Program-made: the position numbers and the translations under genes | The notes under the pieces: generated by a model | The model's input: only the letters and a program-made list of their open reading frames with translations | Databases searched by the model: none | Told to the model about the DNA's origin: nothing | Assembly: GCA_964016885.1 (NCBI GenBank) | Contig: OZ024748.1 | Location: 11,656,001 to 11,720,000, forward strand | DNA: 64,000 nt | From: Eledone cirrhosa | Taxonomy: Eukaryota | Direction: 5' to 3' | Shown here: in pieces, positions 15,290 to 35,802 of the stretch | Position numbering within the stretch: position 1 is the stretch's first letter | Layout: each line of letters opens with the position of its first letter

Positions 15290-15722
15290 CAACGGAGTCG
15301 GACACCATGCTCTGCACCATAGAGTTACGTCCCTTTACGTTATGAGTTCAAATCCCGCCGAGGTTAACTTTGCCTTTCATCCTTCCGGGGTCGATAAAAT
15401 AAAGTACCAGTAATGCACTGGGTAATTGCTGGCCTTGTGCCTAAAGCAGAAACAATTATTAATTAGTGAAAGGGCGGTGGATTGGTAGTATTAGTAGAGG
15501 GCCGGACGCCATCATTTGCAGCATATATACACATATACATACGCACACATACACTAATATACACGCATACACACACATATACGCATACCCTTTACGGTCT
15601 GAGTTCAAATCCCACTGAGATTAACTTTGCCGTTCATCCTTACGTGGTCGATAAAATAAAGTACCAGTAATGCGCTGGAGATAATTGCTGGCCTTGTGCC
15701 AAAAGTAGAAACAATTATTAAT
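15290..15722 (+). mobile_element. Two tandem SINE family 1 copies (15290-15462 and 15471-15722)
   Basis: gagttcaaatccc...ggtcgataaaataaagtaccagtaatgc occurs twice. The second copy is interrupted by a CA/TA tract. Confidence 0.8.
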
Positions 15723-15910
15723 TAGTCAGCCAGCTAATTGTTTGTATTAAATTATCGATCAAGTAAAATCGATCAGACGACCGAATTGTTGTCGATTGAT
15801 TGATTGGTTCATTCATTCATCGATCTCAATTCTGCGTATCTATACTATACATGTTTATATGTGTGCCTTACTAATACCACTGATAATGTCAATACTCTCC
15901 ATACTATAAA

Positions 15911-15946
<36 letters not shown>

Positions 15947-15949
15947 TGT

Positions 15950-16365
15950 ATCCAAAATCACCGGGAGAGATGACCCCTTAGCCTTTGTCAAGGCAGAATT
16001 CTAGGAGAAGGAAAACTCTGATATAACACCTGCAACCCTGATGGTATCCAATGATGTTGACTTGTTCTTCTTTTTGGTAAATATCATCTTGGTCAAGAGA
16101 GTGGGACTGGCTTTGTGCACTGCCTTTTACTCACTATAAAAGCTTCATGGCACAGGCATTGCTTTATATCTGGAGATCTCTCTGCACTTGTCGTCACATG
16201 GGACCAGCACTATGTGTCAATGATTGTCACAAGTGTAGTGTTTGTACCAGAGTTTTCAAGTCGCTGGCTGGACTAAAAAGTCACACCCGTTCAGCGCATC
16301 GGTAGGGGTTCTCCTACACGGATATAAAGTAGTGGCCGTACTCGAAAACGAGTTGGCAGCCACCA
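15950..16365 (+). mobile_element. Non-autonomous RTE-like element with a C2H2 zinc-finger remnant and (TATG)n tail, copy 1
   Basis: 16234-16305 encodes CSVCTRVFKSLAGLKSHTRSAHR*, like the C-terminus of RTE/BovB-type ORFs. Close copies lie at 39681-40198 and 57474-57861. Confidence 0.7.
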
Positions 16366-16406
16366 TATATGTATGTATGTACGTATGTATATATATATAT
16401 ATATAT

Positions 16407-16609
16407 AGTAATAATAATAAATTTGAAGACTAAAATCCAGAGGGCTCGATAAGGATAAATATATATCAAATATATAGGAACCCTAGAGCAAATATTTATT
16501 AAAATAACAGATTAAAGTTTAAGCAAAGAATCGCTGCTTTCACCCTTAACGGGAGTTTCAGAAGATCCCGTTAAGCGATTCTTTGTTTAAACTTTAATCT
16601 GTTATTTTA

Positions 16610-16618
<9 letters not shown>
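16407..16618. mobile_element. Family-C fold-back insertion in (TA)n (other copies at 10047-10210, 36500-36569, 38591-38647)
   Basis: Shared start agtaataataataaat(t/g)tgaagac. Inverted arms at 16492-16535 and 16574-16618; includes gtttcagaagatcccgttaa. Confidence 0.8.
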
Positions 16619-16676
<58 letters not shown>

Positions 16677-16850
16677 TGACGCACTTTTCTAGTTGACATT
16701 TAACAAAATTACGAGACTTTCAAGTGATTTCTGAAATATTAATTTCTTTTTAAGCAAATGACAAACTCACATTCAATGACGTCAAATTACTTCAAATAAA
16801 TGTCAATAACTCTTCTTTAATTTTCTAAATTATTATCATTAGTATTATTG

Positions 16851-17030
16851 TTGGTGGTTTAGCAGCATCGGTAGAGAGTCAGACACCATGCTTTGCAGCA
16901 TAGAGTTATGGCCCTTTGTGTTCTGAGGTCAAATCGGCCGAGGTTAACTTTGCCTTTCATCCTTACGGGGTCAATAAAATAAAATACCAGTGATACACTG
17001 GTGTAATCGCTGGCCTTGTGCCAAAAGGGA
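16851..17030 (+). mobile_element. SINE family 1 (in tandem with the next copy)
   Basis: Same head and body as 17043-17265, with an internal deletion. Confidence 0.8.
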
Positions 17031-17042
17031 TAAACTCTACTA

Positions 17043-17265
17043 GGGCGGTTGATTGGCACTATCGGTAGAGGGTCGGACGCCATGCTCTGCAGCATAGAGT
17101 TACGACCCTTTATGATCTGAGTTCAAATCCCGCCGAGGTTATCTTTGCCTTTCATCCTTACGGGGTCGATAAAATAAAGTACCAGTCACGCACTGGGGTC
17201 GATTTAATCGACTTTCCCCTCCCCCCAAAATTGCTGGCCTTGTGCCTATATAAGAAACCATTATT
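17043..17265 (+). mobile_element. tRNA-derived SINE family 1, full length
   Basis: A-box-like tggcactatcggtagag, B-box gagttcaaatccc, conserved body ctttgcctttcatccttacggggtcgataaaataaagtaccagt, tail aaattgctggccttgtgcc. Confidence 0.85.
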
Positions 17266-17585
17266 GTTTTTGTTGTTGTTGTCGTCATCGTTGTTGTTGT
17301 CGTCGTTGTTGTTGTTGTCGTCGTTGCCGTTGTTTCTTTTTCTCCGTAGGGAGGAGAGACAACTACGCCACATCAATTAAACACAATTACTTCACTGTCT
17401 GCTTTAAAAGACACCAGTTCTTAACGAGTAGTTTTTTCTTGAAATTGAAAGTGAAGGTTCTTGTTTTGTTTTTAATAACAAACTACGTCATTAAGTTACA
17501 ATAGTAAGGTCAATGACATCCGAATATTTTTACCTTTATATAGTTGGGAGTCAATTGAAGTGGGTTTTTTTATAATAGAGTGGGT

Positions 17586-17745
17586 AGGTGGCGAATTGGT
17601 AGAGTCGTTAGAGCGTCGGACTGAGTGCTTTGTGGTATTCATTCCGGCTCTCGGCTCTGTGAGTTTAAATCTCGCCGAGGTCAACTTTGACTTTCATCTA
17701 TAAGAGGTCGATAAAAAGAGATACCAGTCCAGTACTGGGGGCGAT
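17586..17745 (+). mobile_element. SINE family 1, diverged
   Basis: ggcgaattggtagagtcgttagagc...gccgaggtcaactttgactttcatc...ggtcgataaaa. Confidence 0.72.
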
Positions 17746-17768
17746 TCCTTCTCTATATCTCTTTCTCA

Positions 17769-17813
<45 letters not shown>

Positions 17814-18854
17814 TCACTTTCTATATCACTACGGCGCCCCTACAACTCAACTAGGAGTTATAGGACCATACCACCATACCAAACCAACACTCAATGAGTT
17901 ATGGCACTTAATTAAAGAAAATTACGAGTTCACCATCTTCTATTGCTTTGCTAAGAAAATGAATCTTCATATTTTAGAGTCTAACTGTAAGAATATATCA
18001 TAGCTCATCTGTTATACTGTTGCTAATTCCAGCAGAAAACACAAGGAATGTTAGTTTAGAGTACATATTTTATGTTACATGCAGTATAGAGAATATTTAA
18101 GACATTTTGAAGGAATGGTAACGTGTTGCAAGGCGGGATGTGAATGTGTTAATGACGTAAATCCACCCCTCTCTGACAGATGTAACACATACAGGTTGGC
18201 AGAGAAATCTAATAATAAAGTGAAAATAATAATATATCTTTCTGGTATTACCTGAACGGTTTTGGTTTTGTTTTGTGTTTTCTTTATTTTCTTTTTGTTT
18301 TTTAAATCACCTTCTCTGGGTGTTTTAAATGTTCCTCTCTTTTAATCATTTCCTTAATTTACGAATTATCTTACTGAAGAAATATATACCCGGAAGGAGC
18401 AGCTTACTGATTACACAGATATTATTACCTTGTGTGAACGTATATTATGTAAGAAGGTGCCGGTGTTTGTGTGTTTATGAAAGCACTTGTGTGTGTCTTT
18501 GTGTGCGCTCGTGTAAGTACATGTGTGTTTGTGCGTATTTATGTAAGTATATGTGTTTGTGCGTGTTTGTGTGAGTGTGCGTATGTTTGTGTGTGTTCGT
18601 GTAAGTACGTGTGTGTGTGTGCGTATATGTGAAATTATAAATAGAAACACAAAAGGAGGCATCTGTATGTATCTGTATGTATCTGTATGTATCTGTGAGG
18701 AAGATGGCCAGGTATACAGGAGGTCATCAGTAATATTGAAATATATGTACCTGTAAAGGAAGGGACGAGACATGAATGCTGCCCTTTCTCTGATTAAAAA
18801 GTAAATTAAAGCTTATTTGGTGCGCTTAAACATGGGTGTGGTTATATATATATA

Positions 18855-19198
<344 letters not shown>

Positions 19199-19232
19199 TG
19201 ATTAACGCGAGTCTTTAACACCGTTTTTCATT

Positions 19233-19271
<39 letters not shown>

Positions 19272-19381
19272 TAGAAGGGGTATTTAATTTGTTGTAAGTC
19301 CGACAAATATAAATGTTTATAACTGATTTAGAGCACTCAACAGTTTATTGTATATATATATCTATATATATATATATATAT

Positions 19382-19465
<84 letters not shown>

Positions 19466-19736
19466 TATTGACATATCTATATTCGTGTGAGTATATCTGA
19501 AGTGTCTGTAGTGCATATGTATGCCTGTCCAATGCACTAGCGTAGAGGTGCCGGTATGTCTGATATACATGTGGGTGGGGGTGGGTGTGAGTGGGTTCGT
19601 GCGTGGGGTGGTGGTGGGGGCGTGTGTGTGTGGGGGGGGTGTACTTACGATTTATGTAATGCAGGCTTTTATAACTGCAGCTATATGTGCTATGTGTATG
19701 TGTGTATGTTTATATATATAAATACATATATGTATA

Positions 19737-19784
<48 letters not shown>

Positions 19785-19820
19785 AGTATATATGTATATA
19801 TATCTATAAATATATATGTA

Positions 19821-19851
<31 letters not shown>

Positions 19852-19891
19852 GTATATGTATATATATATATATGTATATACATATATATAC

Positions 19892-19923
<32 letters not shown>

Positions 19924-19941
19924 GTATATACATATATATAC

Positions 19942-19982
<41 letters not shown>

Positions 19983-20021
19983 CATATATATACATATATA
20001 TACGTATATACATATATATAC

Positions 20022-20094
<73 letters not shown>

Positions 20095-20137
20095 GGAAAA
20101 ATTTGAACAGGAACAAAACAGAGAGGCAGTACAACGA

Positions 20138-20202
<65 letters not shown>

Positions 20203-20225
20203 CGCATATACATATATATACATAC

Positions 20226-20352
<127 letters not shown>

Positions 20353-20935
20353 TATATATATATACACACACACCAGTATATATGATGTATAGGTTATCAG
20401 CGTGTTTGCAGTTGCAGTCATCAACATAACTTTTCAACAAAAAACTTTTTTTATTTTTTATAGGTGAATCTTCAAAAGATAAAGGCGTCGTTGGTTTCAA
20501 TTATCGATAAAGCTAACTGACTAATTAAGTTGGAAACTCACTAACTAATCAGCTAGTTGGTTAGTTCGATAACTAGCTTGATATATTATTTATAATTTTA
20601 TACTAATGTTATTTTTCTGCACATTTTTTTACACAATTTTATCTGAAGCAATCATTCAGTTTACACGCAGCGGACCCTTGTCAGTGTTATATATGCAAGT
20701 AAATATAATGTATGTGTGTGATTGTAGGCAAATAATGTAGATGTATGTATGAATGGATGTATGGTTATATGTATGTATGTATGTATGCATATATATATGT
20801 ATGTGTGAATGAATGTATGTATGTGCGAATGTATGTGTGAATGAATGTATGTATTTATGCGTATGGGTATGTATGTACGTATTTATGCATATGTATATAT
20901 ATTTATAGATATGTTTATATATATATACACATATG

Positions 20936-20979
<44 letters not shown>

Positions 20980-20982
20980 CAT

Positions 20983-21095
<113 letters not shown>

Positions 21096-21265
21096 TATAT
21101 GTGTGTGTGTTTTATATATATGTGTGCGAGTAATAAATGTATGTATTATGTTTAATCAATGTTTATAAATAAGTATGTATGTATATATGTCTGTGTTTGT
21201 TTGTACGTGTATGGTATATATATGTGTGTGTGTGTGTATGTGTTGTGTGTGTGTGTGTGTATGTG

Positions 21266-21336
<71 letters not shown>

Positions 21337-21349
21337 CCAATAATGCGTT

Positions 21350-27920
<6,571 letters not shown>

Positions 27921-28020
27921 TTTGTGTGTGTGTGTTGTGTGTCTGTCTGTCAGTCTATGTGTTTGTGTATTTCTGTGTCTATATGTTTGTCCGTACTTGT
28001 GTTTGTTTGTCAGTGCATGT

Positions 28021-28072
<52 letters not shown>

Positions 28073-28782
28073 TTGTCTGTGTATGAGTATGTCTATCTAT
28101 GTCTATGTGTATGTATGTTTGTCTCTGTGTGTATGCATCTTTGTTTGTGTGTCTATACGTGTATGTGTATTTTTGTTTGTATGTATGTACGTACATATGT
28201 ATGTATGCGAGGATATATAAATCTATTTATTAATTGGGCCAGAAGACATTTATCAGGATGTTACTTTATTTGGCAACATTTGAAGAAGTGCAGCAAAATC
28301 AGTGAATAACAGCATGAAATGACTAGAAATTGGCAGCTTCTTTCGCTAAGCTCTATTTACTTCCATTCCGAATCATCTTAAAAGGATTGCTTGGTATAAA
28401 ATAGCACAGAGAATCTAGCTACTCTGCCAGCAGATGTCTGACCACAAATTTCATATATGACTAATTCGTCATAATTTATTTTATAAAAATCTTTGAGAAT
28501 GGCTTTTATTTCTTTGCCGAATAATCTTTGTATTTGACACATCTCTAAAGTACTTCACTTATTAATACAAAGTTAGCAGCAATCAATAATAGAGTGGTTG
28601 GCATATCTTGCTTGCCAAAAGCGACACAAGTAAATAAACAAATCCAAAATTTGCTTGAGAAGTTTAACTCGGGATAATGACCTAGCGAAATACACACGCG
28701 TTGACTTTGCACTCCGTACGTTGTTTACAGCAGTGTGTACTGTGTGTACGGTGTTTTATATATACATAGCTTTGTGAATGAT

Positions 28783-28820
<38 letters not shown>

Positions 28821-28821
<1 letters not shown>

Positions 28822-28975
28822 TTCATCATCATTTCATTTTACGTCCGCCTTTTCCCTGCTTGCAAGAGTGGGACGGGAACTGATGCTGGCTTGATTTCTA
28901 CAGCTGGATGCCCTTCCTAACACCAATCTCATTTACAGTGAGTGCTGCGTGCTTTTTTGCCGTGGCACCTGCACA
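28821..28975 (-). mobile_element. SINE/LINE 3'-end fragment
   Basis: (CAT)n tail plus ctggatgcccttcctaacaccaa, a common invertebrate retroposon 3' motif (recognised from memory). Confidence 0.45.
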
Positions 28976-29166
28976 ACCACTTTGCAGTGAAATGATAGGG
29001 ACCCCAGTCCCTATCATCTCATTTCTACAGCTGAGTAAACTGGAGCAGTATGAAATAAATTGTCTTGCTCAAGCAAGGAAACAACACATCACCCGGTCTG
29101 AGGATTGAACTCACAACCTTTCGATTGCAAGGCCAATGCTCTAAAATAAACAACACAATACAATTA

Positions 29167-29246
29167 TTCCATTTACCAAGGATTTCACGAAGACAGGCGA
29201 CCACAATAGAGAACAGGGACGTCTGAAATCGTTCATCAGAAAGGAA
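29167..29246 (-). ncRNA. Type I hammerhead ribozyme candidate
   Basis: Minus strand reads ttccttt-CTGATGA-acga..agac...gtct tcgt-GAAA tccttg GTA^aatggaa. One mismatch in stem I; adjacent to (TA)n. Confidence 0.65.
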
Positions 29247-29270
29247 ACATTTAATATGGATATAAGACAT

Positions 29271-29336
<66 letters not shown>

Positions 29337-30346
29337 TACAACTGCGTGTATGATCGTTTATACATACATAGCTTTGTGTATAACGGTTTGATATACCTCC
29401 CCCTATAACCTTTCCCCTATAACTCTCCCTCAAGACTTCTCTCCCCTATCACTCTCCCCTATAACTTTCCCCTATAATTCCGCCTATGTCTCTCCACTAT
29501 ATAATCCACTCTATTTACATCTCTCCCTCTCTCACTCACTCTCTCGCTGTCCTCTAGAAAAGCATCAAGGTCGATAAAAAAAGCACCAATCTAGTATTGG
29601 GGTAGATTTTCCCTCTAAATCTCTTTCTCACTTCCATTCTCTTACTCTCTCTTTATCCTTCTCTGGAAGAAATCTACTATGTTCAGAGCTAGAGAGGGAA
29701 CGGGCTTCGCCAGGTTTAAAACTGCTCAAGAAACGCCGCACGTCACAATGGCGCCCCTACGACGCCATTAACAGTTAACGGTCCATACATATACTGCAAC
29801 TATTTAAACCACCAGGCGAAGCAGAGATTTATCAAGCTCTCTTAAGAATTTAAACCCCGCTCCTCCTTCCCCTGCTATTCCCATCTCACCTGACATTAAC
29901 CCATCGACTCACCACCTTATCCCCACCCGCTCTTCCCATCTCATCTGACGTAAAAAGAAACTAATTAAATCTCGTAATTCTCTCCTTATGAAGTGACATT
30001 TCTAAATATCGAACACTTTAAAACTGGTTTGTTGACATTTTTCACTGTGTAACAAATTTCTATAAACAACTTTAAGTACAGAGTAGTAGTATTTATATCT
30101 TACTAAAGATATTAAGGAGCGTTACATCATTCAATGAGACTCACTGTTATTTCCACCGAAGATCTGTGATATCATACATTGATGCGTTAGTTTGTTGGTT
30201 GGGTGGTTGGTTGGATGGCTGGGTGTTTAGTTGGTTGGTTGGCTGGTTAGTTAGTTGGCTGGCTGGTTGTCTCATTAATTGGAATGTTGGTTGGTTGGTT
30301 GGCTGTTTGGATGAAATAGTTGTCAATTCTCACGCGGAACACATTC

Positions 30347-30637
30347 AAACTAAAGTCTAAAGTCTGTCTTGAACCCGGAGGCTCATCAGGACGGTGTTTA
30401 TCTCAGATTCCGTGGCATGAAGCGATTGAGAGTGCGAGATTTCCTCTGGACAGGACACCAGTCCATCACTGGGTTAATTCCCAGCTATTGCTGGTACTCA
30501 TTTTCAGCTGAGTATACTGGAGCAATGGCAAATAAAGTGTTTTGCTCAAGAACACAACACACAATTCAGTCCAGAAATCGAACTCATGACATTATGAACG
30601 TAAGTCCAACACCTTTACCACTAAGCTACGCGCCTCC
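30347..30637 (-). mobile_element. tRNA-derived SINE family 2 (CORE-like body); fragments at 6560-6634, 29010-29145 and in each 2-kb tandem unit
   Basis: The minus strand begins ggaggcgcgtagcttagtggtaaaggtgttggact...gagttcgatttctgg...tgttgtgttcttgagcaaaacacttta. The same head lies on + at 22588, 24578 and 26529. Confidence 0.72.
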
Positions 30638-31091
30638 TCTTTCTATACTCAAACACAACACGATAACACAGAAATAAGTCTGTTACCCGACCGGTCTTAA
30701 CGACATTTAAATAAAAACTTAGGTGAGTGGATGGCTGGGTGATCGGGGAGGAATTAATTGATATTGTTGCCAAGCATGTGGCATAACTGAATAACAAAGC
30801 GCTGTTTTCGGTGATACAATTGTACTGATAGTAATAATTCATTTTCCTCAAGAATCAGTGGAACTATATTTCACTAGAATACTTCTAAATATATCTAAAT
30901 ATATCCAAGAAAGTGATATATAGCCAGAAAAAATGTAAAAACGATATTTTAAAAAACAACTGTAGAAACAATAAAATGCTTGTCTTTTGTATTTTATCAG
31001 TTAATATAGCTCTCTGTCGTTCTTTCTTCTCCCCCACTCCCTTTATCTCTCTCTCTCTCATTCTCTCTCATTCTCCCTCTCATTCCCTCTA

Positions 31092-31161
<70 letters not shown>

Positions 31162-31245
31162 TCTCTCACACACACATACACACAAACATACGCAATTTAT
31201 CCTTTAATGTCTATTTCTAGTTCAGATGCAGACACACACACAAAC

Positions 31246-31450
<205 letters not shown>

Positions 31451-31697
31451 TCGTACCTATGTATACACATACCTGAATAAATATTTGTGTGCATACATAT
31501 ATGCACACAAATATATATTCATACAACCACACATAAATAAATACATACACGCATACATACAGTAAACAAACACATACATACGCACATGGATACACACATA
31601 CATACATAGAGCAAAGAAACATATACATACATGCATACATACATACATACATACATATATACATACACATACTTATATACACACATTATATATATAT

Positions 31698-31730
<33 letters not shown>

Positions 31731-31732
<2 letters not shown>

Positions 31733-31926
31733 GGAACGAGTAGGACCCCGACGGCTGAGCTCGAGCCGTTTCGACGGATAATTCTGAGTCCAGAATTAGC
31801 CGTCGAAACGGCTTGAGCTCAGCCGTCGGGGTCCTACTCGTTCCTATTACCTACTCTACTACCCTAAGTATTGAGTACTTTGGTGCGTTATGGTCCATCT
31901 GGTTCCTTACCACATTTCCTTCGTTA
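31731..31926. mobile_element. Family-A fold-back insertion in (TA)n
   Basis: 56-bp arms at 31731-31786 and 31791-31846 (2 mismatches). The right arm carries the hammerhead 3' half GAAAC ggct..agcc GTC^gggg. Confidence 0.88.
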
Positions 31927-31930
31927 TATA

Positions 31931-32065
<135 letters not shown>

Positions 32066-32090
32066 ATATATATATATGTATGTATGTATA

Positions 32091-32183
<93 letters not shown>

Positions 32184-32551
32184 GTACACACATACATATA
32201 TCGTTTTCCCCCGCCATCTATCCAATTATGAAACCAATAAACATTTCTTTCACCAAAATATATAACATTTCTTGCTTTGGCAGCCATATTTAATAAAATG
32301 CAATCAAACGAAGAAAAGAAGTGTTCTCTTCTGTTTAATTAGACTTTCGTTATATTTTTATTTTTATGTGGAATATTTTTATGGTTTATTCGAAGTATTT
32401 TATTTGTTGGTCACAATTATTATTGACTTTATTCAACAAGATATAAATATAAGAGCGAAGAGAGCCTTGGAAACTATCTATTGTTATATGTTTATGTTCA
32501 CCTGTATGTATGTACATATATATATGTGTGTGTGTGTGTGTCTGTGTGTGT

Positions 32552-32591
<40 letters not shown>

Positions 32592-32596
<5 letters not shown>

Positions 32597-32824
32597 GTGG
32601 TTACACAACAGTTAGTTCACCATACCGAGAACAATTGTTTCACCTTAGCGGATCCTCAGCTCGTAATGGACATGGTTATACCCACTACGAGCTGAGGATC
32701 CGCTAAGGTGAAACAATTGTTCTCGGTATGGTGAACTAACTGTTGTGTAACCACTTCTACCTAACTCGTTCCATGGACTGAGTGCTCTACCACTACGGAT
32801 ATTACCTTCCAGTGTTCTACCACT
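32592..32824. mobile_element. Family-B fold-back insertion: 74-bp perfect inverted repeat carrying a hammerhead in each arm
   Basis: 32592-32665 is the reverse complement of 32686-32759 (20-nt spacer). The tail agtgctctaccactacggatattaccttccag recurs at 14224-14263. Confidence 0.9.
32686..32728 (+). ncRNA. Type I hammerhead ribozyme (mirror copy on the minus strand at 32623-32665)
   Basis: tacgag-CTGAGGA-t cc gctaa gg t-GAAAC aatt GTT^ctcggta, with palindromic stem III AACAATTGTT. Confidence 0.8.
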
Positions 32825-32831
32825 ATATATA

Positions 32832-32937
<106 letters not shown>

Positions 32938-32950
32938 CGCGCGTGCGCGC

Positions 32951-33133
<183 letters not shown>

Positions 33134-33362
33134 ATATAATACACATACGTATATATACAACATTAAAATGGTATTCCGAACTGAGTCGAAGACAAAACAC
33201 TGTTAAATAACGTACTCAATACATTAGTAGAAAATATATAAATATTTCATATAGAAGTAATTTCTACTGAACTAGAACTGCTTCCTTTGTATGAGATTAT
33301 CAGAAATGATACAGTTCATACAAATAAAACAGGTGTACTAATGTGGAAGCCATTTCCATACG

Positions 33363-33413
<51 letters not shown>

Positions 33414-33574
33414 AAGTTTTATTTAAATTATTGGGTTAACAATTTTCTTCGTTTTTCTTTCTTTCTTTTTATAACTGTCCCTAATATTTTTTCCACTACC
33501 AAATCAACTTTTCAAATAGAAGTCGAAGTTGAAAGGTATGTCGAATCTATCTATTTATAAGACTGTTTATATTG

Positions 33575-33640
33575 TATTTTGTCTGAAGAAGGCATAACAT
33601 ATTTTTAATATGATATCCCTGAAATATATATAATGAAATA
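33575..33640 (+). ncRNA. Type I hammerhead ribozyme candidate
   Basis: tattttgt-CTGAAGA-agg..catatt ttt aatatg..cct-GAAA tatata TA^atgaaata. Stem I pairs fully if G-U is allowed; stem III is the same as in the 59828 motif. Confidence 0.7.
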
Positions 33641-33702
33641 AATATGGTTTTATAAATATAGTTTCCATTTATTTAATATCGTATATATATATATATATTT
33701 AA

Positions 33703-33859
33703 AACGAAGGAAGTGTAGTAAGGAACCAGGAGGACCATGACGCACCAAAGTACTCGATACTTAGGATAGTAGAGTGGGTAATAGGAAAATAGTCAGGACC
33801 CCGACGGCTGTGTTGTCGAAACGGCCGGAGCTCAGCCGTCGGGGCCCTGACTATTTTCC

Positions 33860-33861
<2 letters not shown>
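33703..33861. mobile_element. Family-A fold-back insertion in (TA)n
   Basis: Arms ataggaaaatagtcaggaccccgacggctg / cagccgtcggggccctgactattttcctat, with the tail on the left in reverse orientation. Confidence 0.85.
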
Positions 33862-33910
<49 letters not shown>

Positions 33911-34230
33911 ACGACAAAACCCGAGGTACAAAAAGTCTTATTAGTTTCAAGCTTTATAAGGAAAAGAGAAAGAAAGCATTTACGTATCCGCTATGTTAGA
34001 GCGAAAACAAATTTTGTTTTTAAAGATCCAATCCAAAAAAATTCTTTAAAATGCAACGACTAGCATTAATATATTTATTGTCAACAAAGAGAAAAAATAT
34101 AATACAGAAATATATTTTTTATCTTTCATATACAAAACCTATCACATACATAGTCAAATAGCTTTATGGATATAAAGGGATATATACTTAGGATTAGATT
34201 TATAAACATTGGATTCGTGTTAGTGTTGTC

Positions 34231-34445
34231 AGGGCGGTGGATTGGTAGTATCGGTAGAGGGTCGGACACCATGCTTTGCAGCACAGAGTTACGGCCCTTT
34301 ATTATCTGAGTTCAAATCCCGCAAAGGTTAACTTTTGCCTTTCATCCTTACGGGGTCGATAAAATAAATTACCAGTCACGCACTGGGGTCGATTTAATCG
34401 ACTTTCCCCTCCCCCAAAATTGCTGGTCTTGAAACGATTATTGTT
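34231..34445 (+). mobile_element. SINE family 1, full length
   Basis: Near-identical to 17043-17265. Confidence 0.85.
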
Positions 34446-34717
34446 ATTGTTGTTATTTCTCAATTTTTTAAACACTCTTTTGATTCACATCATTAAGAAT
34501 TGTTTTGGGGTTTGCAATTTCCATTTCCATCATTTGTTGTCTCTTTCTTTTCTTTTATCTGGCAGACATTACTACAATCAATGCGTTAAGTGCTTGCTCT
34601 TGTAATTTCCGATTGTAACAATTAATACCCTCCGCCATCATCTCCCAGCCTTCTCCTTCATTGATTGCCATACTTATTCAAGATATCAAATAAAAGAGAA
34701 GAAACAAGGAAACTGTA

Positions 34718-34832
<115 letters not shown>

Positions 34833-34897
34833 GCTATGTTCAAATGTTACGATATTTTATTTGATAATTACAATTGCAACCTTTTTACTGTGTAGCT

Positions 34898-34962
<65 letters not shown>

Positions 34963-35340
34963 GTTATGTGTGTGTGTTTAAGTGTGTATGTATGCGTATG
35001 GGTGTGTGTATGTATATATATTTTTTTTTCATGTAGATACATATATGATATAAATCTACATATGTCTGTGTATGTCTACGAATATAAATTCGTGTGTATT
35101 TATATATGTAAAGATTGTATTCCAAATTTCTTCAACATATTCCTCATATGTTTTCACAGTTGCTCTTGTGTGCATTAAAAGTCCTTAATTGAATCACCGA
35201 AATAAAAAAGAAATGTGTTTTGGCATTTCCACAATTCTACAGAATCCGTTCCAATTCCTATGATCAATTGATGATAATTCTTCTTGTATATAGATATTGA
35301 ACATTTATTTTCCTCTTAGGTAGGTGTCAACTAATTAATG

Positions 35341-35525
35341 GTTTCTGATTTAGGCACAAGGCCAGCAATTTGGGGGGAAGGGAAAAGTCGATTAAATGTG
35401 ACTGGTACTTTATTTTATCGACCTCCGTAAGGATGAAAGGCAAAGCTAACCTCGGCGAGACTTGAACTCAGAACGTAAAGATGTTGCAAAGCATGGTGTC
35501 CGGCGTTTTACCGATACTGCCAACC
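35341..35525 (-). mobile_element. SINE family 1
   Basis: Reverse complement: aggcacaaggccagcaattt...actggtactttattttatcgacc...ggatgaaaggcaaag. Confidence 0.8.
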
Positions 35526-35564
35526 ATAATAATAATAAAGTTATAGACCAGTATTGTATATAGC

Positions 35565-35785
35565 TTAACCCTTTAGCATTTACATTACTCTATATATACA
35601 ATTGTATTTTTGTGGCTTTATCTCACATAATTATCTCACATAATATCGAATCTATGAGATTTTGATGTTATTTATTTTGAGAATAATACCTTAACATCAG
35701 TATGAGTGGCTGGTTACAGCTGGTTTGAACAGAAAGAGGTGACAGAATTCTAGCCAGATACGGCCAGTTTAAAGCTTTAGTTGTA
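35565..35785. mobile_element. Possible piggyBac-like MITE remnant
   Basis: The left end is TTAA-CCCTTTAGCATTT. The right end is only a degenerate complement (tttaaagctttagttg). Confidence 0.35.
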
Positions 35786-35802
35786 TAGTTAATAAATAGA
35801 AT

